From NCBI GenBank assembly GCA_032718475.1, contig JAUCBJ010008651.1:1-45067 (forward strand): a stretch of DNA of 45,067 bases. The letters run 5' to 3'. This DNA comes from Nemertoderma westbladi. Lineage: Eukaryota; Animalia; Xenacoelomorpha. The notes beneath the pieces were generated by a model. That model did no database searches. It had not been told where the DNA came from and saw only the letters and a list, made by a program, of their open reading frames with translations. A program made the position numbers and the translations under genes. Positions 35,901 to 45,067 of the stretch are shown one piece after another (position 1 is the stretch's first letter; each line of letters opens with the position of its first letter).

Positions 35901-38495
35901 GTACGCTAGTTCGAAGGCGTCCGGTACACCAACGAAGGTCTCTGCCAAACGTTTAGGTTCTCCTGACAACGTTTGAAGCAGGTAATTGAACTTCTCCCGT
36001 GATGTAAAGGCGCACACGGCGATCTGGGATTCGATATAGTCTACGAAAGTATGCCAGTGTTTTGAGCTACCGGAAAACTTCGGTGGTTGTTGTACCGGCA
36101 ATCCCTGTCTGGCTGCGAATTTCGCTATCTCCTCGGCAACGTTCAGAGTTTCGCGTCCTTGGTTGGTAACTTGGTTGATATCCCTTCTTGGCGCTTTTCC
36201 CTGATACGATGTGGGGTTTGAAGGTACCGGTCTTTGTGGTTCCTTCGGGTGTCTATTGTGTTCGAATTCGGAATTTCTCGAACTGTCGGTGTAACCTTCC
36301 TCCAGACGTTCCTCGATCTGAGCCAACTTGTTAACAACTGGTCGCAGGATGTCGGCGAACTGTTGTGTACTAATTGCGTCCGTTGGTTGTAACGCCTTCT
36401 GTGTTGGTGTATTCTGTGGAGGATTGTCTGCAAAGGAGTTGTCTGAACGCTCGCGTTTGTATTCATCGGCCGCCCCTGTTCTAAATACCTCGCGTTTCGG
36501 GTAATCCGATTCGCTCGAAGTACTACTATCATCTGGATATGGTGGTCGACGTGCTCGCGTCCGTTGCGTCGTTCGAATTCTAACGTTCCGTTTCGGAACA
36601 TCGTCCACTGATCTCCGTTGTTCGGTAGGCTCACAAGTCTTCCTCGAAGTCGTAGATTGCGATGTAAATTGGTTGAACGGTCGCGTAGACACTGTTCTCC
36701 GTTGTTCGGTAGGCTCACAAGTCTTCCTCGAAGTCGTAGATTGCGATGTAAACTGAATCGGTGGGCGAATGACAGCATTTGAAACAACTGGCCTTGAAGG
36801 TCGAAACGTCATTGGGTAAGCGTAGTGTGTAACGGGTTTAGGTGTCGACGGTGGACTCACCTGTTTTGTCGTCAGTAATACAGGTTCGACTAATAAACTA
36901 CTACGATCTGTAATCGGTGGGTTACTTACCTTGACTTTCGGAATAGGCGACGACGTTGCTCTTGGCGGTGTAAACTCGTCCGGAATAACAAACCTGTGTT
37001 CCGTCGCACCATGGATAGGAGAAATGTTACTACTACCCGCAATCGAAACAGGTTCCTTAGTCGTAACCGGTGCAAACATATGAGTTACCTGTGGGAATCG
37101 TTGACACAAGTCCTTTACTAATTGTCGTTCCCGTCCGGGTGCTCCTACGCTTCCTTCCTTCTTTCGTTCCTGAATTTGGCGATGTCTTACCTCTATCTGG
37201 TCCAAGTCATGTCCGTCTCGAGATCTCATCGATCGATCGCGGGCTTGTAGATCCAGATCTTCCTTGGCGTTGGCTAATTCTCTCGCCTTCCTCCCGAGTT
37301 CGAAATGAAGTTTAACTTCCTTCTCGCGTTGTTCCGTTTGTTGTTGTTGCGCCTCGAACTCTGCTTGTCGTATAGCTGACTGAGCCTTTATTTGCCGTTT
37401 TTTCATCTCAGCTCTCGCTTCTGATACTAACCTCTGTCGCTCTAATTCAGCCGCTGCCGTTCGTTGCGCTAACTCGGCCGCTGCTGCTTGTTGGGCGATG
37501 TCCAACTCCAACCTTTCCATCTCGGCCGCTTCCAACTCGGCTTGTTCTTGCAGATGAGAGATTCTTGCAACATTCGCAACACGTAGTTTTTCTTCTTCTA
37601 CCGCCGCTTGTGCCGTCAACAATTGAGCTTGTTCCTCCGCTTCCCGTTGTTGTCTATCATGTTGTTGTTGCTGTCTGGAAATTTCTGACGTCACGATACT
37701 TATCTCGCCAATTTCGCTGCGAATACTCACTAACGATTGGTCCAGTATTCCCAGTGCCGATTCGATTTGTGCGAGCGAAGTTTCCCTCGTAGCCTCCGGC
37801 ACGGTTTCCCAATCTCCGACGTCCTCGCCGCACATGCGTAAGTGATCCGTCAGGTGTTTCAATTGTCCATCCAGTCGGTACAGTTCCTGTTCTTCCTCGG
37901 GCTGTAATAATTCGTCCGAAACTGACTCACCTAACAACTGGTCCGCTTGTTCCTGTTGTATGTGTCTAATCGTCGACTTAAACTGAATCAGTTTCTCTCT
38001 AGCGATCATTAGTTTCTCGAGGATTCTAAGTTGAGTATCCATGTCCTGTCTCTGTCTAGCTAGATCTTGTAGGCCAACTAGATTATCTACGGACTTATAT
38101 ACTTTACTCTGTACTCTCACCTGGAGGGTGTAGAACTCGAATCGAGACATCGGCGCGGTCAACCCGTCTAATATGCGTTGGCCTTCTCCAATACTCCTGG
38201 TAATATGCGCCATGTAACCGCCGACGCTCCTAACAACGCTTTCCTGACTTCCTGCTGAACTTACCATGTCCGATTCCCTATATCTAGGTTGCGGAACAGT
38301 TAGAAAGTCCTCGGTCCTGCCGTCGCCTCGTACTACGGCATCCGGTACTCCCGGTGGATGTACTGGTGACGCACACGGTGTAGGTTCGGTAGGCTCGCGA
38401 GTCTTCCCCTGTTGTTCTTCCGCTGCTGACTTATCCGCGTCACATGAGTCATAGTCGGTTTGTGTATTTTTCGTATAGTCTTGTTTGTCACTCAT
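29915..38495 (-). pseudogene. BEL gag-pol polyprotein (~2860 codons) with one frameshift and two in-frame TAA stops
   Basis: Gag PPKFSGSSKHW; knuckles CWRCTRHGHVRKDC and CPSCGRNHDGLLH; protease AILDSAS; RT YYLPHH, DVEAMFHQV, FYVDD; RH FDPLG, LHCFSDAS, NPADIASRG; IN GIDCFGP, SDQGTNFVG, GGVWERLIRSIK. An extra base in the run at 35824-35828 and TAA at 33002-33004 and 30986-30988 explain the four ORF-track pieces. Confidence 0.92.
36613..36755 (-). repeat. 84-bp in-frame tandem duplication in gag (QFTSQSTTSRKTCEPTEQRR x2)
   Basis: Visible in both DNA and protein. Confidence 0.9.
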
Positions 38496-39291
38496 TTCGG
38501 TAGTTGTAAGTCAAGTAAAGTGAGTGTCAAAGTATCAAACTTACCGTATTTTATCTAAACGGTACTAATTACAGTCTTATAAAATTAGCCTACCGGCCGA
38601 TTTTATAGCAGATGGATAAAATTAGCCTAAACGGCCAATTTTACAGCAAATAAATGTCACGGAATAAGTATATAATAAAATTAGCCTAGCGGCCAATTTT
38701 ATAACAAATAAATCGGATAACGATATGCGTTATCAAAAGGTAAATTAAATACAATAATACGGACTAATTCAGCAATGAACAAAGAAATCATACGGAATGC
38801 ATAAATACTTGAGACAGTGGAACCCACAATAATTTTAACTAATACGGTAATGCCTAACTTATTTATGCAACTTTTCGAACTCACCCACTCCAATAATTCT
38901 CCAGAAAAACAGATTCCCAGATACAAACCGGACGTGAACCTTTCCGTTTTTAACGTTGCGGACGAAACGCGATTTTCCCAACCAAAGTTGTTGAGTTATC
39001 TATCTCCCAAACTTGCTAAACACGGTCTTGCTCCCGTTACAGTCTAGAAATGAGTTCTGAATCCTGAAAAACAAAAGAGTTAGGTTTTACTTTTCGAAAA
39101 TTTTGTACCGGTACAATATGGTATTTAAACCCTTTTAAACACCGGTATTCAATTCCAAAATATTTTACACGCGGTTCAAATCAAATTTTTATTTCAAAAA
39201 ATTAGCACTTAGCTAATCAAATACAAATTTTTACCTCAAAATACAGAATTTTCAAATAACTTTAGTCCTACCGAACCGTAGTTCAGTAAAA

Positions 39292-39302
39292 CATATTCCT
39301 AC
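39292..39302 (-). other. PBS position of the inner element: GTAGGAATATG, not tRNA-type, complementary to LTR 40331-40341
   Basis: Lacks TGG. Exact reverse complement of an 11-mer in the same LTR on the same strand. Confidence 0.7.
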
Positions 39303-40764
39303 TAATTGAAGAGACAGCAACAATACCTGCAATATCCTACTGTAAAGTTTGTGAATCAAATCATAAATCCGACCTTCTCACCAAAACAGTAAACTCTAAG
39401 TAAGCGAATATATTGCAGTATCGATCTCTTATAACCGGTGAGGCAGAAAACAGTCTACGAGCAGACAAACTTCGATAAAACAAAATCCCGCGCAGCGAAT
39501 CCTAAAATCAGGCTGACTCACTGACGGACTAAGGGGCTCGTATACTTTGCCGCGGTGTGATTTATATGGTTGGGCAAAGGGACGCTAGCTAGGTACAGAG
39601 GCAGAGATTTGGAGATGTCTAACTAGCGAGCAAAGTGCAGTAAGGACGAAAGTTAATTTTATATATTTTGAGGTGTAAATAATTTCTAACGCGCGTGTGT
39701 TAATTCTGAACGGTCAAAAGCAGTTTTGCTCCTTCACATATATAATTACTGGGTACGGTGTGCATTTTACGAATATTCTAATTTTGTAACTTGTAGGTCT
39801 AATACTCACGAATGATAAAGTTCCTTCCCCTCTTGCGTATTTCCAGGACTCAAATTCAGGCATAAGGTTAATACTACGCCCAGAATTCGGCAATTTTAGG
39901 TACCAGGTCCCTGATACTAAGAAGAGATGTGTTAGTTTACTACTGTAGGCGTACGGGTACTAATAGCTATCCTGGCTCCTATCTAGAATTTTAGTCACCC
40001 AGGTAGTCCGGGTAACTTCCTATTAGGGCGTTGGCGGGGACACGGTAGATGTTAGTATCCCTAATAGCCTCAATTTATTTGCGCCTAGTGTAAACTGCCC
40101 TACCGCCTGAACGGTACAATCCTAATTCAGGTGAAAACACAGCAACCCCCCTAGCCTACAAGTTCTAATGCAATGGACACCGTTGCACGGCAAATAGTCA
40201 CAGACGCACCTGTACTTAGCAAGAGTTAAGCGTACAGTTTGCTGCACCCTAACCAATGTGTATGCCTTGTACCGGTGTGCCTACGTCCTATCTGCGTACT
40301 AGTATCTGCCTGCGCTCTCCCCCCCCCCCCGTAGGAATATGAAGGTCTACTGCGGTTTTTCCTGAATCAAGACAGTACAGTCCCTTTTGATGTAATTTTA
40401 GGCTTACAGCGTGTCACTACGTCTACCTTTTGATCTTTTGGTCTTATACTTAGGTAGCAAGGATCGAACGCTGTCTAACCTTTCAGGCGATGGGCGAATA
40501 ACTCTAAATGGTATTGCGGGTTGTCTCTCGTCTACATTCCCGTGATGTTCCCGTTCATTGCTGCGGCCCGATCTCTAGCCGGCCATCCTGTCCCTGAGTT
40601 TGTTCACCGTAGTGAATCCATAGTAAAACAGATAGAAAAGCTGAGAGAATATTCTGACTTTATTACAGAAGATACAATTATAATACAATGTAATCTGAGA
40701 ATAAACTAAGCACGACAGAATATTGATAAGATAATCTGAGAAAGATTGAGATATAAGATATAGT

Positions 40765-40937
40765 GTGATAACTAATGAACAAATCGCACCTTTATATAGC
40801 AAATTTGTGCCGCAATCAATCGAGAAAATTCTCGATTGTTCTATGGGTTCTAACAAGGTTTTAAAGATAGCTATTGGTCCAGCTAATATATAACTTGCAC
40901 GACATTGGTTACAATCAAATAACTACAGCCTCATTGG
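40765..40937 (-). promoter_or_regulatory. Putative Pol II LTR promoter (3 CCAAT boxes, palindrome, TATA)
   Basis: Minus-strand CCAAT at 40933-37, 40904-08 and 40873-77 (~30-bp spacing), inverted repeat CAATCGAGAA-AA-TTCTCGATTG at 40817-40838, TATATAAA at 40791-40798, AATAAA downstream at ~40659-40664. Confidence 0.6.
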
Positions 40938-40994
40938 TACAGACAAATGCAATTAATTTGTAGCGGTTAATTTAAATGAGTTGAAATTCTGCAC

Positions 40995-41081
40995 AAAAAA
41001 TAATTCGCACTTACTAGGATTCGAACTCAATACCTACTACACATATAATTTCCAACGCTCTACCGACTGAGCTACTGAACC
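40995..41081 (-). ncRNA. tRNA-derived Pol III-like cassette in the LTR (5' LTR copy)
   Basis: Same sequence as 26713-26799. Confidence 0.65.
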
Positions 41082-41263
41082 ACTTGACAGATAGATGTAC
41101 AAATGATAGAACCAATACGAATGAGAACTTAAAGCAATCTTTACAAAGTTAATCCGAATAAAATAAAATTTTGAAAATCCACGGCATTTAGGGAATATAA
41201 TTCTATAACTAGACTTGCTTTAACTGTAACTATAGCAGTAAGCATTCAACTGTATAGTTAAAC

Positions 41264-44200
41264 ATGTCTGACACCCAGCAAAACCTGTCAGACAGTCTAA
41301 TTGATACAACCATCTGTGACACAGATAGGAGTGTGGAGCGATTAAGAAAGGAGTTCAGCTCACCTCCTACTGAAAGAAAGGTCATCCCTCCAGTAGTAGT
41401 ATCAGACCCTAAGCTAATCCAACACCGTAGGTCTATCATCGGCACTCGGGCCCAAGTCAAACGGAACCAGGAAGCAGCTGTCCCACAGCAGCAACAGCCT
41501 AGTCAAGAAACTTGTTCCCAGCGATCCGATAGCTCCAGTAATTCGGATACTGTCGAGCTGACCCCCGAACGCGGATTGCAGATGGCGGCTAAAGCCTACT
41601 CGGACCCCCTTCTCACCCTTCCTGCCGCAGTGCTAACTACTATATTGATTGCGGTCGAGGAACATCAAGCCGATTGGGCGAGAAATAAGCGAGCGACCCA
41701 AGATAATTATGCGGAATACGCCAGGGAAGAATTGATGTCTATTGTCGAGTCACAATGGAACTTTCCCGGACCCGGACTCCCGTTAGATCTGTCCGAGGCT
41801 ACTTGGGAAGATATACACAGGATGGGAGTGGCTAAAGATACGATGGATCCAGCTGTTTGGAAGAGGTCGGCAGCAGGATATGTGCAGGGATTCTTCGGCT
41901 CCTTAGAGCGATTAGAAGAACAACTGTTTCGACAACCCCAAGGACCTCAAGAGCAGGAAGAACTGCTATATCAAGTACGCGAAAGAACCCTACGCATTAG
42001 ACTAATCCTATCAGCCTTTGAGGAAACTTCCAAAAGAAGACAGGACACGTCGCTGCAGGTTGCTGTCAAAACTTGGTTCCAGCGGGTAGGTCTCAAAGTA
42101 CAAGAAACAGACCAGTGGAAATCCCAGTTGTCTGAGAGACTAACCTATGACGAACCAACCGATGTCACCCTTCCTCAAGTGGAAGGCGAAGAGACCGCAG
42201 AGAGACCACGAACGAGAGACGCCATCGACATTTATCTGTCCGACTATCAGCGATTCCTAGGAGACGAAGAGTTGAGGAGACGGCTGTCTGGACTTTCCCC
42301 TAATAGTGAAGGAACCCAGCGTGTGTTAGACTCAGTCGATGCTGAAATGTTAGCGGCTAACCAAGCTGAGTTTGATGAAAAACTTCGCCTCACTAGAGTC
42401 CAAGAAGAACTAGTAAAGAAAAAACGGATAGAGGACCGAAAGGCAGCTGCAGTAACAGCGGCAATGGCCGAAGTGGAAGCGGAAAGAAAAGCAGCGGCGG
42501 CAGAAGCAGAAGTAGAAAGAAAAGCAGCAGAAGCAGAAAGAAAGGCAGCGGCGGCAGAAGCAGAAGCAGAAAGAAAAGCAGCAAAGGCAGTGGCAGAAGC
42601 AGAACGGAGAGCCTCTGAGGAGACTACCCAACTGGAGTTGGAAAATCTGCAAGAGACGCAAGACAAAATAAATAAACAGTTAACTGCTAGTCACATGCAG
42701 ATGATGAGAAAATCTACTCCCAAACGCCAGGGATATACGTCATCGGAGGAAAGCGAAACCACCGATCCTGAAGGCGGAGGAAATAGATCTCATCTAAGCA
42801 GGCGTAGAAAAACATCTTACCGTCACAAATTGCCTGATTTGCCTCCAGCTGTTAGAAGACAACTAGCTAGCACAGACTTAAGTAGTATAGAACCTACAGA
42901 CCAAATTATTAAGGTCAAAAAACTTCCTACTATAGTTGATGAGCCTGAAATAATTACGCCTGTCGTTCCCAAAGTCACTCCTGTGTTAGAGACCCCTGTA
43001 CTTCCAGAGCTTAACTCTAAATTCCCTTTACACAGTACTACACTGCCTGTGCCCGGTAGAACAGTCCATGAGAATATCCCTGTCCTGGAAGCTGAGAGAG
43101 AAATCAAAGATTTGTCTCCCGTCGTCCCACGTCAGCCCGCTACAATGTTGGCGACTCCCGCTTCGGCGGTCGAGTGGGTAGAGGAGGGACGGCGGGGGAT
43201 GAATCTCCTGCTCGGACAGATGCAGGAGACTGTCTACCAACTTAAGGGAACAGTAAGGGAAGGTAGGGCCGAATTGCAAGAAGTGCAGCAAAGTATCGCG
43301 CTAGAACGCGACAAATTAGTCAATATCCAAAGGGGAATACCAATACCCCCTGTAAAATTGTGTCAACCTGTTAGGTCTGAAGTATTACATGCGCAAGGTG
43401 TGGAGCCTACACGCATCTATACTGCTAGTGAAGTAGAAACTCCTATAGCAAACCCTATTAAGGGTGATTATAGACCTGTTATTAATGATACCCCTTATAG
43501 ACCTGACAATGATCCGAGAAATTTATATACCGATAATTCGATATTAAATAACACGATGGCCCAAGAAAGCTTTACGCGTCAGATGGCTAGAACAGAAGCC
43601 CGCCAAGCGGTCAAAGTGGGAGAGATCGTCAAATTCAATGGAGATGAGATGAAATGGTTACCTTTCAACGAATATTACAAAGATAGCATACAAAACTCTG
43701 TACTATCTAACGGAGAGAAACTTAGGTTCCTCATCAAGTGCTTGGAAGGACCTCCCAGGTTAATGGCGTTAAAGTTTATTGGACATCCAGAAGGATTAAG
43801 ACAAGTATGGGATACATTAAACATCAGGTATGGTAACAAGGATAACATAGCTAAGTATTTGTATGCAAAATTAGTAGCCCCCCGACACTTCCTTAGTAGC
43901 GGGATTATAGAGTTTTCCGATGAAATTCAGGAGATCTGTAGACAATTGGACTGGTTAGGTAAGTCTCATGAATATCAGAGTTCCATGGTTATTGGAGCAG
44001 TAGTCTCTACTTTACCCAAGGGTGGAGTATGTACACGTTGGGACAAGAAAGTGTTGTACATGAATGAACAACAACGACGAAGCCCTACCATGACTGATCT
44101 CATGTCCTTCTTAGATGGTGAAGTAAAACTACAACTCATCAAGCAGTCCAGAGAGAAAACATCGGAAAATAAGGTAAGTGAGAAACCCGCTTCTAGGAGA

Positions 44201-45067
44201 AGAGTAACACCGGTGTGTTACACTGACGACGGCGAAAGCCAAGCTTCTCAAGAAGAGGACAGCGGGAAAGACACTGAGAGATCTAACTACGTTGAAAAAA
44301 CCTCAAAAGATGTAAGTAAATACAAGGCTCGAAACAACGATAGGAGAGAACAGGTTGCCAAGACCCCTCCTCAGTCTCCTAACAGAATGCACCGAAGAAA
44401 ACCCGAAGAAAAAACGAGAGTGCATCAAGTTACCCAAGGTAAAGTGAGTAACATAAAACCTAACTGTGCGCTGTGCGACGGGACCCACCGTTTGAGTGCG
44501 TGTGCTGAATTTCTAAAGAAATCCCTTGTAGACAGACGTGCAGTCGTGTGGGACAAGCGGTTATGCTATAATTGCCTCAGACCAGGACACCAACGGCGAA
44601 CCTGTTTCTCCGACATAAAGTGTGCAAAGTGTGGCGCGAAACATCACATCTTGTTACACAGTGAGTTCGATCGAGACAAACTGAGTCAGGTAAGTGAGCC
44701 CGAACTACATGTCCAATTCAGTGATGTAAACGACACTGATCAAGAATCTGAGATGGAAGGATTCTATACTGACGAATTCTCCGACGCCAACGAATCCTGT
44801 TATCTAATCAATACCGCAGTGTATCGAGCACTTACTTATGAAAAGGACACCAACAATGAGTTTCCCCCAACTACTTTTGCCAAACAACCATCTTGGAAAG
44901 CTCCAACTTCCAACGTAGGAATCAGAGAATTTCCTGTAGTGCAGGTAAGAGTTCACGGTCTTAACAAAAGTTACATAGTGAACGCCCTCCTTGACTCCGG
45001 CAGCACAGGAACATTCATCGATCAAGAACTAGCCGAAGATATCTTTGCTGGACAACCCAAGTTCCGG
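41264..45067 (+). CDS. Outer BEL gag-protease polyprotein, partial (runs off the window; absent from the ORF track because it has no stop)
   Basis: ATG at 41264 (MSDTQQNL). Spot-checked in the same frame: AEAERKAA coiled-coil repeats, VKFNGDEMKWLPF, CALCDGTHRLSAC, CYNCLRPGHQRRTC, CAKCGAKHHILLH and protease ALLDSGS, ending ...PKFR at 45067. Confidence 0.9.
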   Translation, partial: MSDTQQNLSDSLIDTTICDTDRSVERLRKEFSSPPTERKVIPPVVVSDPKLIQHRRSIIGTRAQVKRNQEAAVPQQQQPSQETCSQRSDSSSNSDTVELTPERGLQMAAKAYSDPLLTLPAAVLTTILIAVEEHQADWARNKRATQDNYAEYAREELMSIVESQWNFPGPGLPLDLSEATWEDIHRMGVAKDTMDPAVWKRSAAGYVQGFFGSLERLEEQLFRQPQGPQEQEELLYQVRERTLRIRLILSAFEETSKRRQDTSLQVAVKTWFQRVGLKVQETDQWKSQLSERLTYDEPTDVTLPQVEGEETAERPRTRDAIDIYLSDYQRFLGDEELRRRLSGLSPNSEGTQRVLDSVDAEMLAANQAEFDEKLRLTRVQEELVKKKRIEDRKAAAVTAAMAEVEAERKAAAAEAEVERKAAEAERKAAAAEAEAERKAAKAVAEAERRASEETTQLELENLQETQDKINKQLTASHMQMMRKSTPKRQGYTSSEESETTDPEGGGNRSHLSRRRKTSYRHKLPDLPPAVRRQLASTDLSSIEPTDQIIKVKKLPTIVDEPEIITPVVPKVTPVLETPVLPELNSKFPLHSTTLPVPGRTVHENIPVLEAEREIKDLSPVVPRQPATMLATPASAVEWVEEGRRGMNLLLGQMQETVYQLKGTVREGRAELQEVQQSIALERDKLVNIQRGIPIPPVKLCQPVRSEVLHAQGVEPTRIYTASEVETPIANPIKGDYRPVINDTPYRPDNDPRNLYTDNSILNNTMAQESFTRQMARTEARQAVKVGEIVKFNGDEMKWLPFNEYYKDSIQNSVLSNGEKLRFLIKCLEGPPRLMALKFIGHPEGLRQVWDTLNIRYGNKDNIAKYLYAKLVAPRHFLSSGIIEFSDEIQEICRQLDWLGKSHEYQSSMVIGAVVSTLPKGGVCTRWDKKVLYMNEQQRRSPTMTDLMSFLDGEVKLQLIKQSREKTSENKVSEKPASRRRVTPVCYTDDGESQASQEEDSGKDTERSNYVEKTSKDVSKYKARNNDRREQVAKTPPQSPNRMHRRKPEEKTRVHQVTQGKVSNIKPNCALCDGTHRLSACAEFLKKSLVDRRAVVWDKRLCYNCLRPGHQRRTCFSDIKCAKCGAKHHILLHSEFDRDKLSQVSEPELHVQFSDVNDTDQESEMEGFYTDEFSDANESCYLINTAVYRALTYEKDTNNEFPPTTFAKQPSWKAPTSNVGIREFPVVQVRVHGLNKSYIVNALLDSGSTGTFIDQELAEDIFAGQPKFR

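Larger units (their letters stand above)
25018..41207 (-). mobile_element. Inner full-length BEL/Pao LTR retrotransposon (16.2 kb), recent insertion
   Basis: Two near-identical LTRs, 5-bp TSD, and gag-PR-RT-RH-IN order with BEL-specific motifs. Confidence 0.96.
39303..41207 (-). repeat. 5' LTR of the inner BEL element (1905 bp)
   Basis: Direct repeat of 25018-26925; sense-strand ends are TATAGAATT...TTCAATTA. Confidence 0.96.
21611..45067 (+). mobile_element. Outer BEL/Pao LTR retrotransposon (5' part; interrupted by the nested element and running off the window)
   Basis: BEL gag-protease ORF from 41264. An LTR-like region begins where the LINE remnant breaks. The left boundary is inferred because the second LTR is outside the window. 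Confidence 0.75.

Noticed and set aside
42247-43291. Minus-strand ORFs rich in Ala/Ser/Phe/Leu
   Set aside because: Antisense shadows of the plus-strand gag ORF.

Overview
AT-rich eukaryotic (animal, probably invertebrate) genomic DNA. It opens with two coding exons of an aminergic GPCR most like a 5-HT2 serotonin receptor (411-562, 6257-6360). No further exon was recognised, so the remaining ~38 kb is probably a transposon-filled intron. Contents: a decayed LINE RT; a 5'-truncated CRE-type RLE fragment; an intact full-length CRE-clade non-LTR element (1517 aa; Cys-rich N-terminus, ~44 copies of a 10-aa repeat, RT, RLE) inside an (AAGTAT)n/(AAGTAC)n microsatellite; a CR1/L2 endonuclease remnant; and two nested BEL/Pao LTR retrotransposons. 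The inner BEL element (25018-41207, minus strand, ACTAG TSD) has near-identical 1.9-kb LTRs with non-canonical TA...TA ends and no tRNA-type PBS. It also carries an extra zinc-knuckle ORF in the env position, a tRNA-like Pol III cassette in U3 and a dispersed palindromic motif. The most striking observation is that the 11 nt at its PBS position are perfectly complementary to an 11-mer followed by a G-run inside its own LTR. The outer BEL element appears to carry the homologous motif with compensatory changes, which suggests tRNA-independent self-priming in a BEL/Pao lineage. All calls were made by eye with no database searches.
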